Counted from the first letter of the stretch, positions 23,821-37,163 are shown. The stretch is 63,870 nucleotides of DNA from Octopus bimaculoides (GCF_001194135.2 NC_068981.1:53770025-53833894); one strand, 5' to 3'. Notes: a model not told the origin generated them from the sequence alone. Translations and numbers: made by a program.

Positions 23821-26547
23821 CCTCTGCATTTACGAATGCACTTATCATGAGAACTTGCTCTGTAAGAACTGGTTAACAATTGTATCAGACACATCCACCA
23901 CTGTGAATTGATCAGTACTGGAGAACTTGTATGTTCAGCACTTAGGAATAGAAGCAATTGCACCTCGGCAAAGTACATTACAGCTACCTTCTTTACAATC
24001 ACCACTATAAATCTCATGATATATAAAACAAGCTGGACAACAAACTAATTGCAATATACTTTATCTACCTCATAAACTAAACCCAGCACAGACCAGGCTT
24101 GTAACATGACATATTCAGTGTGCTTCATATGCTGGTCCTTCCATATTTAATTGGTTACCTCAACACAACAGGCCCACTCTAGCACATCTGTCTGAGACCA
24201 CTCATTAACAGCAGCTTGGTACACTTATGTGTGTGTCTCTCTCTTTGCCACCACATGCTCATGCCTCTTCAATTCTGTATTGTAATTATTTCATTGCAGC
24301 CATCATCATTTTTTTCAATTTGTGTCTATCATGGATATTTGTTATCACAAATTGGAAGGTTTTATCTGAATGAAATTATAATAAGCTGCTGCTACCTTTC
24401 ACAATAGCTTACATTTTCAGCTGCAGGACATGTACAGTATTTCAATTTGTTGCTGAGAAATCTGCAAAGACAATTATCTAGTCGACAAAAGTTGTCTTTC
24501 TACACTAGCAATCACAAACCCAGCTGAAGAATAATGAGACTGTTGACACCTTTTGTACACATAATAGCAACAATAATAACAGTGTCTGCTGTCTCACCCC
24601 TTCCATGCAGGAGTTATATTTCCTGTAGGTCTTTCTTTCTCATTTAACTACTGACTTGCCTTAGAGTTGTATCTATTATTCTTCTAGGCTTCTTTCAATT
24701 TGGTTTTGAAAGTATCTTCTTTATTCATCAGTTGTTATACTGAGGGTAGATGAAAGCATATTCAAGTATTCTTTACTTATTGAAGATTGTGAAAGTGAAA
24801 AGTTTACATATGGTACAACAAACTGATACAATTCACATAAAGTTTAGAAATCTATCACTGAAAAATAATATATATCAAACTTTGAATCTTGCATATATTT
24901 CCAATTTCTGATCAATAACTATATATTTCCTCATTTTCTATGTTCTAATAACTGCTAGATAGCTTCATAGCTTCTTTTTGTTTTTTAACTGCATAAACAA
25001 GCATTTTGTGTTGTTGAAATCAGTTTGCGTATTTCTTATCTAGACTTTAGTCAAAGTTCATACAGAGATTATGTTTTAATGTTGCAAGACTTTGTGTTCC
25101 TTACATAATAATAATTGTATTTTTGTCTGAAATGTAAACAGACTTCTGTAAACATTTAATGTTAACTCAGTTTGAGAATTTAGATTACTAAATATTTTTC
25201 TAGTTCTATTTTTGTGTTAGAGTGCTATATATATATATATATATATATAGGTGTAGAGCTTTAATATACCATATACATCATAAAATATGGATATGATTAA
25301 ATATTAATTTATGATATACTTCAGTGACTGGTATCCTTTTAACATTATGTTAAAATAATTGACCTGATCATTTATATTCTTATTAATTAAAGATCCTTCT
25401 GTTGGTTAGTCTTAGGTAGTAATTAAAGATTACTTTGCAAAATCGATGATGTTGATTAAAGGTGTGAAATGTTATTCATTAAAGAAGGGAAGTTTAAAAC
25501 ACATTAACAATGGAAATAATTGAATCTTTTCTTTTTACTTTCATAATATTTTTTTATATTTTACTTTCTGATGCTATCCACATGCTAGCATAGCACCAGA
25601 TGCATTTCCCTCTTAGTCAGAACATGAAGTTTGGCACCTTTTATAAAGGCACCAAAATTCAATCCTGTACTCATCATCCTTGTTATACTTTCTCTTTTCT
25701 TGCATAACACTACCACATTAGTCACAAGGCTTGATTTCATATGGTACATCGAGAAAATCATCTTAACAAAATGTATGACCACAGTTATTTCTGTCAAGAT
25801 CACACTTCTGTAGAAATCTTTGAACAGCACTGTAGAGGGTGAAATGTGTTAAGACTAATATTCTTGGCTTGAACTCAGCCCCTTTCTATTTATCATAGAG
25901 TGTACCAATTCTGGTAATATTTCATGATGCTTTTTACTACGCTGAGGTGCATTGCAAGCTGTAATAAATAGCACCAAATAATATGAATGATTTTATTGAG
26001 AAAGAGAGAGTAAGAGAAAATTGTGATTTTTATAAGGGTCTACTCACTCAAGCAGTGATTGAACAATGTATTTATTACTTTGACAGCTAACTTGATTATT
26101 ATATCGTGTAGGCAAATTATTTAGTAGTAACTCTTTCAGAATTCATTGGCAGTCTATTCACCAAAATATTCTAGAGTCATCTGTACATGACATTACATAA
26201 GTCACATGTCAATCTTGCTTTGTGCCATAAATTAATGATTATTTCTACCAGTCTTCAACATTTACCTCTCTGTCAGTTTTTAATATATGTTTCCAAACTA
26301 CTTGATTCTGAATTTAAACATATTTTAAATTCAAAGAAAAGTGGAGACAAAATTTAGATTTAGCATTTAGGCTATGGATTAGTGAAGTAGAATACAGACT
26401 AGCAGTGCTGCACTGCTTACAAATTCTGGCATAGTAAGGTGTGAGCTAGCCACTGCTTAGTTAATCAAACAGTTCAGGAAGGTATCATTCCTGACAGCTG
26501 GAGCAGTACCATTCTCAACTGCTACAAGAGTAAAGGAGATGCATTAA

Positions 26548-26766
26548 CCCTTTAGCATTTAAACCAGCCATAGCTAGCTCAAATAGTCTACCTATTTTAT
26601 ATTCAAACTAGCAGATCCAGCCTCACACACCTCCCCTATAATATTATTCTAAAATTTAACAATCATATCATCAAAATCTTGACGCCACAAGATAATGTGT
26701 GATTAATGCAAAACAATGTGAATAAACAAGCATTTCATTTGACAGAGTAATCTGAATGCTAAGGGG
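26548..26766. mobile_element. piggyBac-type MITE (219 bp)
   Basis: TTAA at 26544-26547 and 26767-26770. TIRs CCCTTTAGCATT and AATGCTAAGGGG differ by 1 base. TTAA TSDs with CCC/GGG ends are diagnostic of piggyBac. Confidence 0.85.
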
Positions 26767-26828
26767 TTAAAGAGAGGAAATTAACAAGTTATCAAATTGT
26801 TGAACCAGATTACGAAAGTTATATAAAT

Positions 26829-27262
26829 GCGTTCATTGCTATAGTTAAGAAGTTTGCTTTTCAACCACATACTTTCAGATTCAGTTCCATTGCATGACAC
26901 CTTGGGAAAATATTTTCCACTATAGCCCCAGGCCAACCAAAGCCTTGCAAATGGATTTAGTTGACAGTAATTGAAAAAGAAGTCCATCATGTGTATGTGT
27001 GTGCATACGTGTGCCTGTCAATTTGTTTATGCCTGCACTCACTCACCGAAAGTTGTGACGTTTACATGATGTTTTCATTGATATTTCTTCAGTCAATAAA
27101 TCACCCACTTATTTCATACCTTTGAAGTTATGTGGATTAAGAGATCCCTTACTTGAAAAACAGGTAAGACTTAATTTTAGGAGGGACATCCAGTTATAAA
27201 ATCAATGCTTCAGTAACATATTTACCTAACCCGTACTAGCATGGAAAAACAGATATAAAAAC
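26829..27262 (+). mobile_element. SINE family B head with RTE-like tail
   Basis: TTAAGAAGTTTGCTTTTCAACCACAT...CAAAGCCTTG head, (TG) tract and GGGACATCCAG...CCCGTACTAGCATGGAAAAACAG tail. Confidence 0.65.
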
Positions 27263-27289
27263 AATTGAAACAAATGAAGCAGAAAGAGT

Positions 27290-28235
27290 TATAGACCAAT
27301 TGATGAGCAAAAGAATTAGCTTAGATGAGATGCCATTCAGCTTTGTGCCAGAGAGTACTACTGATGCCATCTTTAAGTGATGCAACTTCAAGAAAAGTAT
27401 TTAGCTAAGAATAAACCACTGTAGCTAGCATTTATAGATCTGGAAAAGACTTTTGCAGGGTTCCATTATCTTTGATTTATTGGTTACTGAGGAAGCCAGT
27501 GGTAGATGAATAGCTTGTGAAGGCTTTCCAAGCTATGTACAGAAATGGGAATTAACAAGGGGTACAATAAGAAATTTAGTGAGCAGGTAGAGATCCACCA
27601 AAGCTGTTCTTAGTCCCTTTCTATTTATCATAGCCACCAAAGCCATAGCGGAGGGGTTTAAAACTGGGTTTCCATGGGAATTGCTGTATGTTGATGACCT
27701 AGTTCTCACAGCTGAATTTGTATAGAATTAGAGAAGAAATTCAAGACATAGAAGCAAAACCTAGACTTTAGAGGCCTTAAACTAAGCTTAGCCAGTACTA
27801 GAATATTAGTAAGAAGGAAAGAACACAGGATTCTGGTATAATCTGGAAAATGGCAGTGCTCAAAATACAGTAAATAAGTAAATAATTCCACACAGTGTAC
27901 ACTATATAAAGTATGGACACACAAGATATAGTGCTATCAGAAGCAGGAGAACAAGGATAATAGGTTTTACATGCAGCACTAAAATCACATGGGAAATAGA
28001 TTCTCTTAAATGCCACAGATTTCTTGGAAGTAAGTGATTGCTTCTGTTACCTTGATGAGCCGATTAATATTAAATGGGGGTGGTCTGAAAGTATAATAGC
28101 CATAGTAAGAAAATGTTGGCAAAAGTTCAGGGAGCTTTTACCTCTGTAGGTTACAAGGGAATTCTCTCTGAGAATAGAAGGCAAATTGTATGATACTTGT
28201 GTACGTAATGCAATGATGCTTGGTTGTGAGATGGG
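27290..28235 (+). mobile_element. RTE LINE reverse transcriptase fossil (heavily decayed)
   Basis: ISLDEMPFSFVP, STTDAIF, KTGFPWELLYVDDLVL, VDCFCYLD, WQKFRELLPL and LYDTCVRNAM, with many stops and frameshifts. Confidence 0.85.
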
Positions 28236-28239
28236 ACGT

Positions 28240-28920
28240 CTTCTCTAGTTGTCATTCAGCTATAAGAGCTAGGTCATCAGCGTAGAAGAGATCTCAGGAG
28301 CAGTGTGTCTTGAATTCCTCTGTTATTGCCTGGTGGACTATAATGAACAAAAGGGGGCTGAGCACCGAGCCTTGGTGAACCCCTACTTGTACCCTGAATT
28401 CTTCACTGTACTCGTTGCCCACTCTCACCTTACTGGTAGCATCCGTGTACAAGGCTTGTACAGCCCTCACCAACCACTCATCTGTCCCTAGTTTCTGCAT
28501 TGACCACCAGATAAAGGGGTACACTGTCAAAAGCTTTCTCCAAGTCAACAAAAGCCAAGTACAGAGGTTCGTCTTTGGCTAGGTATTTCTTTTGCAGTTA
28601 CCTTACCAGAATTACAGCATCAGTAGTGCTTCTACCTGGCACAAAACCAAACTGCATCTCATCTAGACTAACTCTCCTCCTAATTAGTTGGGCTATGACT
28701 CTCTCTCTGTAACTTTCATCACTTGATCCAACAATTTGATACCTCTGTAATTATTTCTATCTAAAGCATCACCTTTGAGGCAGTTGACTATGGAGCTGCT
28801 ACACCCATCATTGGGTTATGATTCCTTCATGAATCACCTGATTTACAATACAAGGGACTAGACCATAACCCACACCACCAGGTATTTTAAGCATCTCAAT
28901 GGTGATTCCTGATGAACGGA
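28240..28920 (-). mobile_element. RTE LINE reverse transcriptase fragment (younger)
   Basis: PSGITIEMLKI...NYRGIKLLDQVMKV...VSLDEMQFGFVPGRSTTDA...LAFVDLEKAFD...WWSMQKLGTDEWLVRAVQALY...VGVHQGSVLSPLLFIIV...YADDLAL. Confidence 0.92.
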
Positions 28921-31900
28921 GGGGGGCTGTCTATTAAGTCTCCCTACCACCAACCATCAACCAACTTGTTACATTCCACCACTATACTCCTCTTTGTCTT
29001 TATCTTCCACTCCCTACTGTTCTTTCTCTCTCCCACCTCTCTCCTTACCTCTCTCCCTCTCCTATTATTCTTTTGTCACCTTATCTTTCTCTCTCATTCT
29101 CTTACCCTCTCCACTATTTCTCTACCACCCCTTCCAACTTGGCACACTTGTACCAATTTTTTTTTCTGTTCTCTTCTTTTTTCCCTCCTGCTCCTTTCAC
29201 TCTCTCTTTCCCCCTCTCTCTCTATATATATATATATGTGTGTGCGTGTAGTCGAATATATACACAGACAATATGGGAGACAGAAATTTTTACTTAAGTT
29301 TCATCAGGAATGAAATAAGCTCTCAGGTGCAGATGAATGGAGATAATATAGGGTAGAAAGGACTTTTTAGTTTTGCCAAGAACAAGACAACCTCTCTAGT
29401 GCTGGTGTCATAATAAAATGCATGTGGCACTCTCTGTAAAGTGGTTGGCAATAGAAAGGGAATCCATGCTAAAAGTAGAACATGCAATCAGGCATAGTCT
29501 CCCAGTCATTTAAGAAGATTCCAAATAAAAATTAAATCAGACTGTGACATCATACCAGCAGAGAAAAAGCAGATGTAAAATGAATGTGGTGAAGATGATA
29601 ATACCTGAATTACATGATACTTCTTACCTGATCTTTAATGTAGATGAAAATTGTGTGAAGCTTTTAACTGTGAAGCTCTGTATATATCAACTTATCTATT
29701 TTTTTAAAACCATGTAGTCTTTTGAAATCCATCACAAGCTATTAATCTATACCTAGTTTCCTTGGTGACCATAGAATAATAAAGCAAATATATCCGATGT
29801 TAACATCTTTGAAATTCTAACAGAACTTTAAATTTGTTTTCATTGAATCAAAACAATGAGATTTTGCTGTTTATATATTATCTGTGAGGGAACCTATACC
29901 TGGTTGATTGGCCTGTTATAAAACTCCTTCAAACCACTTTCTATTATCTTAGAAAAGAACTCAAAAGATAATGAAATCAAGAGCACACACTGCTTGAGAC
30001 GAAAGAGGGCAGTTACAAACGGAACTTGTTTGGTTATCAGTCTTCTCCGTCTGAGCTGATTTGGGTTTAAACAACAACAATCTATAGTTACTAGGTTTTT
30101 CATATCCAAGCTTTTGGAATATTTAAATAACCATTTTATGTCATTTCCTGTTATATAATTGCCATTTATATAAAATAGTAATAGTTATGTCACAAATTGT
30201 CTGTCCAGTTATATTTCTGTGAACATCAAGACAGTTTGACAAATTCTATTACATATATGTTTAATAAATGAATGGTAGAGAAGGAAGAGGAGGATGTGAG
30301 CTTTTGTGAACTGCCACCAGTAGTTCTATCATTTTATTTGCATCAAAAGCAAACTGTAGACCTATGTCTGTTTCTCTTCTATAGCACACACAGATCAAAG
30401 CTTACTGACAACTCACACAGAAATGTATTAGATCCTCTAAGTACACAATATCAAATATCAAAGTGATTCACTTCACTGTGTCCTTTACATGTTAATTATA
30501 TGATGAATGGAAAAAGAAAAAAAATATTCCCTGCATTGGCATATTCCTGGCAACTTCATTGAATTGAAATATTATCTCTACACACCTTCCTTCACTACAG
30601 CTAGAGTAATGAAAATGTGGAGGAAAACAGTTAAATGTGCAGTTGTGTGTGTGTGTGTGTGTTATTAAGGGTGCTCTTTAGTCATGAAACTGAGAGTTTA
30701 CTCATTGGCAATAACTTTTTGTTGTTTTTGTTTGGTGTTTTTTTGAAACCTTTAGAGTCTTATTAATGTACTTGAATCATATTAAAATGTCATCACGAGC
30801 AAACTTGAACTCTTACTCGTGACTTTTATGAGGCAGTATCAAAAGTTGGTGTATTAACAAATGGACATAGTGTGAAATTACTAATTATAGAAATGTGTGG
30901 GGTGGGGCTTGCATGGTGTCCTTTGTAAAAACACTAGTTGCTAGAGCTTAGTCTGAGACTTTTACATACACACAACAAATATACATAGACAATGTGTTTC
31001 TATATTTATAGTTTGTGTGATTATAATACAAAAGACAACCATCATAAAAAGTGAGTGATGGGGAAAACACCTTTCAATCTTCATAATGGGCAACATATTC
31101 AGCTGTACAAAGAATAAATGTTAGATTAGGAGGAAAAAAAAAATTGCATAAAAAATAACAAAAGAAAAATGAATATGCTTGAAAAATAAAAATAAATCTA
31201 TTAAGAAATGAAAACTGTGTAAATCTAAGGAAAGGGGATAGAAGGAAGTGAGAAATATTGGGAGAGATAAAAAAAAATTAGTAATTTTAACAAGAATGTG
31301 TTGATTGCGCTTTTCAGAACTTAAACCCATTTGCCTTACAATACAAAAGTCAACTGCACTCTTGAGATATGAAGTAGCTTCCTTTGTTTTATATAAAACA
31401 GTTTGTTTACAAGGTTTATGTTGTTGTCATTGGTTTAATTGTAGTTGTCATTGTTGTCAGAGAAGTCTTCAATAATTTGCAACTTTATACACACAACCAT
31501 TTAATACTTTTTTAACATGTGATGTTGCTGCAACATAACTTTCAATGACTTGGCCGTCTTTAACATCATATACTTTGAATGTTTGGTGCCACTGTCATGT
31601 TAATAATGTAGGTGTTCTATGAGCCGTTTGTGTTTTGTTTATATCCATTTGCTATACCGTATAGTTGTGTTGCGTATTTGTGTGGATAGAATGGATAAAA
31701 CTCGATAAATTAGTGCTGGTATGGTTGTTAATGTTGAGTGCTGGTGTTGTTGCTTTGTTTGCGCAGTTTTAAAATGCAAAAACAACTTACTGGATATATC
31801 ATTTATTGATATATTTATCATAAGCCACATATTATGAGCATGTCATTGTTAAAAAAACTTTGTACATGTTGAGTAACTATGTAAAAGCTTCCTCATTGGC

Positions 31901-32229
31901 TTGCCTAGTTCAGTGCTGGAATATCACAGCAGGATATTAGTGTGTCTTAAATGATGTTCCACTAACTCCTTTAAATCTATATATTAAAGGGTAATATCTG
32001 CTGCAGTGGTTATATTATAGTGAACCTATTTTGAGTAGTCATTTGCATAAAATAGTTAAATTATTGATCTAGGCAGATATTAGTTTCTATGATATTTTGG
32101 TTGGGTTCTGAAGGAAGGGATTATGCTGTAGTTTTTTTGTTGTTGTTTTTTTCACAGATCTTCCAAGACTAGTGAGAATAATGCTATGAACATTTGAATA
32201 GTTGCAAGTTAAGTTAATGGCTGCATTAA

Positions 32230-33120
32230 AAAAAGAAGCATGTGCATGGAGGATCTAATGAGGTGACTTTCTAAGAATGAAGGGTTAGGCCTCATAGTTA
32301 GTGTGGATATTATGGGTGATGAGACGGAGAGAGCTAAGTGAATTAGAAGTGTCTAAATGGAGGTAGGATGGGGTCAGCCAGTTTCAAGGAGCAGATGCAG
32401 CAATAGCTAGTGTTAGAAAAGGCAGAGACAGGAGACATCACATGTGTGGATCAGAGGTTGGAGTATGTTTATGAATGAGTTCATGTCAACAATCTTTGAA
32501 TGTGTTCAACAGTGTCTGTATGTGCAAGAGCAGCACCATCCCAGATATGGGAACAGTACTTTATTGTCAATGTCAACTGAGCTTTCTAGAAAGTTAGTAG
32601 TAGTTGGAGAGCTGGAATATTTTTGAGTTTAATGGAATGCCTGTCTATGTAAGGCAGCTCTTGCTATGTTGACCAAGTGCATTTAGCAGGAGAGATCCTC
32701 AGTGAGGAGGATGCTGAGCATCTGAAGCAATCATGAAGGTTCTTGTTGCATACTGTTTCGAGGACGTGTGATGTAATAATGATTTCTTTAATGTGCAGTG
32801 ATTGTATTATTTTACTGTTGATGGAGCCAATGTTGATGTAATCCTAATGAAGTATATTTTCCAGATCTCTTATTCATGGAGTCAGTACGAAGTTGGTATG
32901 AGGTTTCTAGCTTTAAATATGGATGGTACTTCAGTGCAAAACATTTGAGGAGTAAAGAGGGTATCATTTATGTAAGAGTGGACTTTGTTGGATGTGATGG
33001 CAATTAGACCATTGATGTTTAGGAGGAAGGAAGATGGGGGCAAAATCATAATCTGAAGCATACTAGAGTTGATGCAGTGCAAGTCAGAGAGGGCTCCATT
33101 AGTACAGGTCATGATAGTAC
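32230..33120 (-). mobile_element. CR1/Jockey-group LINE RT fossil
   Basis: INSSMLQIMILPPSSFLLNINGLIAITSNKVHSYINDT resembles INAGVPQGSVLSPTLFLLxINDLLxxTSNPIHSYADD. Downstream are LLTEDLS and KYCSHIWDGAA motifs typical of CR1-group C-termini. Confidence 0.7.
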
Positions 33121-33199
33121 AGTGTGACAGGATGCTACCAATCCTAGAGATAAGTCACATATCAAGGCAAACATAGGTCAAAGCTTTGATAAAATATAC

Positions 33200-33365
33200 A
33201 ATCAGCCACATTTAGCAGTTATACAGATGACTAGTGATTGATGCTGAAGACAAACATTGTTGTCTATACACTCAACAAGATTTGGACACCATCCATAACA
33301 GGGTGAATAACAACATATCATTTGATGCTGCAAGATTCCATATTCTCTGTCTTAGAAAGAGGATT
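33200..33365 (+). mobile_element. short CR1-like RT fragment, opposite orientation
   Basis: TFSSYTDD...QQDLDTIHNRVNNNISFDAARFHIL resembles SYADDT...LQxDLDxIxxWxxxNxMxFNxxKF. Confidence 0.55.
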
Positions 33366-33905
33366 ACTTGAAAAATGTTCTACCTTTCTCCAAACAAGGA
33401 AACCTATTTGCAAACCTGAGAAGAAACCAGGAGATAAAGGAGCTAGATTATGAGTGAAGGGGCAAAAGAAAGATTTTTTTTTAATTTTTTTTTTTTTGCT
33501 GAAGAGGAGCTAGGTGGCTACTCATATTGGAGAAGCGATGGAGATGGAAAGAGATAAGAATAATGATGATGATGTGTCAAGGTGGATCTTCAACCTACAA
33601 GATGAGTAGAAAGGAGTAGGGACAGAACAAATAGAAGTGGGGGTAGAGATTGCAAGAGTGTATGGGAGAGTGAAAGATGGGGAATCAGTGTGGGGATGAA
33701 TATAAAGAATAAAGAACAAGTGTTGAAGGATCATAAGTAGGGAAGATATGGAAGAGAAGGTGGCTAGTGTATACATTGGATAAGGGATTGGGATGACAAA
33801 TGATGCATGAGAATAAAGAACAGCAGAATAGTTATGATGATACAGCAAACAGGGCAAGGATGAGAGAGAGAGAGAGAGAGATTGGGTAAGTTGCTAGAGT
33901 AAAGC

Positions 33906-33941
<36 letters not shown>

Positions 33942-34111
33942 AGGTGTAGTGTATGTGGGAGTTAGAAATGTATGATGGAGGAGAAAGAAATCAAGTGAAA
34001 TGGTTCCTGTTAGTAAGAATAATCAGTAGTATGAAGGAAATACTAAAGTTAGAGAGATGATGATTGGTGAGGATGTCTCAAGGACAAAAATATATCTGTA
34101 TATAAATATGT

Positions 34112-35260
34112 TCACACAGCTCTTCCAGTCGGTCTTGGTCCTTTGTTATCTTTGTGAGGTTCAAGGCCCTGAGATCAGCTTTTACCACTTTATCCCATGT
34201 CTTCCTTGGGTCTTCTTCTGCAAGCGCCATCCACATTAAGTGATCAGCACTTGTTAATATAACTGTCCTTATTCATATGTATTATATGTTCATATCAGCA
34301 CAGTCTTCTTTCCTGCACACTAAACCTGATTCCTCTTATGCCCAGTGTTTCTCTCAGCACATTTATATTATGTCATTCATGCCCACTTGCATTGCACATC
34401 CAGTGCAGCTTGCATACTTCATTTCTTCCCAGTCATCTCAAGTCCCCGGCATTCAAAACCATTCCTCACTACCAATGCAGCATTGCAGTTATAACACAAG
34501 CACCATACAATCTGCCCTTCATCTGAAGGAAAATACTTTTGTTGCCAGCTGTAGTAGTATCTCACTGAATTTTTTCCAACCTGTTCTTACCCAGGATATT
34601 ATACTTGCAAAGCAACCACCTCCTCTCTAGTTACATCTCTTAGGTATCAAAATCTATTGACTACTAGTAAGGCATCTGGACATTTAAGAGAATCTATTTC
34701 CAATGTGTTCTAAGTATATACTCCTCCAGTGATTCTATTACATATGAAGCTTATACTCTCTCTTATTCTGATTCCACTATATCTCTTGTGTCTCCATATC
34801 TTATATTGGATACAACATTATGGAGATTTTGCCTACTCCTTCTCTCTATTCTGAGCAAGACCACTTTCCCTGAAGATGTCAGGATCATGTCTTATTTCCT
34901 TAAAACATTTAAGTCTTTGCTAAGTTTACCTTAAGACCTCTTGATTCTAGGTTTATCTTCCATGCCTAGAATTCCCATTCTAATTCCCCTATAAATTCAG
35001 CTCTGAAAATTAGATCATCAGCATATAGGACTTCCCATGGACAGTCCATCTTAAACTCCTCTGTGATGGCTAGTAGGACTAGATGGATAAGAGAAGGCTA
35101 AGGATTGAGCTTTCATAAACTCTTACCTCCATGCTAAATTCATCACTGAAATCATTGTTGATTTTCACTTTGCTTACTGCATTATTGTACATAGCTTGTA
35201 CATCCATCACAAACTATTAATCTATACCTAGTTTCCTTGGTGACCATGAAATTACTATCA
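34112..35260 (-). mobile_element. RTE LINE RT to C-terminus fossil
   Basis: WSPRKLGID**FVMDVQAMYNNAVSKVKINNDFSDEF...CPWEVLYADDLIF...QGKWSCS...KTWDKVVKADLRALNLT. Confidence 0.85.
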
Positions 35261-35316
35261 GACAACTTCTATGCGGATTTCATTATTATGTTAGTGCTAC
35301 AGATTTTTTAAATATA

Positions 35317-35875
35317 TCATCATCATTATCTCCATCATTGTTTTAACACCCACTTTTCCATGCTTGCATGAATAAGATGTGGCTAAGTTGGAATGGTTTC
35401 TCTGGTTGGATACCCTTCAAGCAAGATAATAATAATTTAGCCTTTCAAACAAAGACAGCCTGGACATGGTTATGTAGAAAACTGGAAATAATACCATTTG
35501 AATGAGCTGTTTGATTACAAAGACCAAGCAACATGTTAAGGCATGTGAAGAAATTGGAATATACTTTCAGAGTGGACTGTAAGCATTGTATGAACAGTGA
35601 GGCTGTTGTTTACAGACAGTGAACTCAAGGGAAAACAAAAGAAAACGTAAACTCATTCACATAAATACACACACACACACACACGCACGAGCACAAAAAC
35701 ACACACACACACACACAAGGCTTTTTTTCAGTTTCTATCTATCAATTTCACTCATAACATATCAGTTGACTCTTAGTTATAATAGAGAATGGCAGCCAAC
35801 AGCATCCATGAAGTGAAATCTAACCTTTACCTACATGATTCTGAAGTAAACATCTTAACCATATAGCCTTGCCTG
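35317..35875 (-). mobile_element. SINE family B head with RTE-like tail
   Basis: (CAT) tail with CCATGCTTGCATG, central (CA)n tract and reverse head GGCTTTTTTTCAGTTTCTATCTATCAATTTCACTC. Confidence 0.6.
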
Positions 35876-36250
35876 CAGGGATACCGGCTTCCCATTCAAA
35901 AGTACGGACTCCAACTTCAAAGGAATTTTTGAAACAAGAAGCAATGGCAGCAAATGAAAAATACAAGTATAACAACAAGCTAGATATCTCAATTTCCATC
36001 GAGTTTGATATTCTAATTTTGGAGTCATTGTCTAGTGATAGCAACTCCAACAGCATTATTGAAAATAACAAAGAATTTATTTCAGAAATACAATGGGGTG
36101 AAAATTTAAAAAAATTTTTCTCTTTGAAAATTTTCAAAAGAAACCAGATTCACAATATTTCCAGTGACTTGGAACTGATTATTTCCTTTTATTTTTTCCC
36201 TGCTGAAATGTTTCTAAATGATAACCAAAGAAGCAAATTGTTATACAGAA

Positions 36251-36479
36251 CATCATCATCATCATTGTTTTAGTGTCTACTTTTTCATGCTTGCATAGAT
36301 CAGAGGGAACTCATTGAGGTAGATTTTCTATGGTTAGATGCCTTTCCTGTTACTAACCCACACCTGTTTCCAAGCAACATAATATTTCCTCATGGCCAGA
36401 CATGTGTTTCATGGAAGACTGCAAATGAACGTTGATGCTGGTTTACAACCATTATGTGATGGCAAGACAGGGATACAAG

Positions 36480-36530
<51 letters not shown>

Positions 36531-36687
36531 CAGGCATTTTTCAGTTTCCATCTACCAAATCAACTCACAAGGTTTAGGTTGATCCAATGCTATAGTAGAA
36601 AATACTTGGTGAGGTACTGTGGAATGGGATTGAACCTAAAAATGACATGGTTGGGAAGCAAGCTTCTTGATCATGCAGCCATTCCTG
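36251..36687 (-). mobile_element. SINE family B head with RTE-like tail
   Basis: Same architecture as 35317-35875 and 60224-60669: (CAT)n, CATGCTTGCAT, GTAATATTTCC-like segment, (CA)n and family B head. Confidence 0.7.
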
Positions 36688-37127
36688 GAAAGCAGATAGT
36701 TTTTCATTGATGCTGCAATACAATTAAGAGCAGGTTAAAAATGAAACACTGTTCAGAGAAAGTCAAAAGCATACCAAAGAAATATCCTTCTGAATTCAGC
36801 TCATCTCCTAACTTAGAAAAATAAAAAGAATGGTCACAAGAGACTGTGATGAATGAGAATGCCAACATGGAAAAAGGAAAGCTACCACATGACTCTCAAT
36901 TAAAATATATTTCCAAAGTGCATTCCACAAGGTTGAATTATGTAGAATAAGATGCTTTACAACTTTCCATGAAAGAAATATGACTTAATTTGTATATATA
37001 TATAATTTAATTTTATAAAATATCTTATTTTCAAATTTACCATGTTTTCAAACTTTTATTATATTTAACTAATAATCTTTACTTTTGAATCTCTTCAGTA
37101 TCCTTTGTGTGTATGTGTATATGTGTT

Positions 37128-37163
<36 letters not shown>

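Noticed and set aside
30612-30626. AAAATGTGGAGGAAA (K-M-W-R-K), resembling the missing NLE1 terminus
   Set aside because: No AG acceptor at the required position and no stop after WRK; a chance match.
35869-36273. 134-aa ORF overlapped by a 105-aa antisense ORF
   Set aside because: Starts and ends inside SINE sequence, has no recognisable domain and no splice support.
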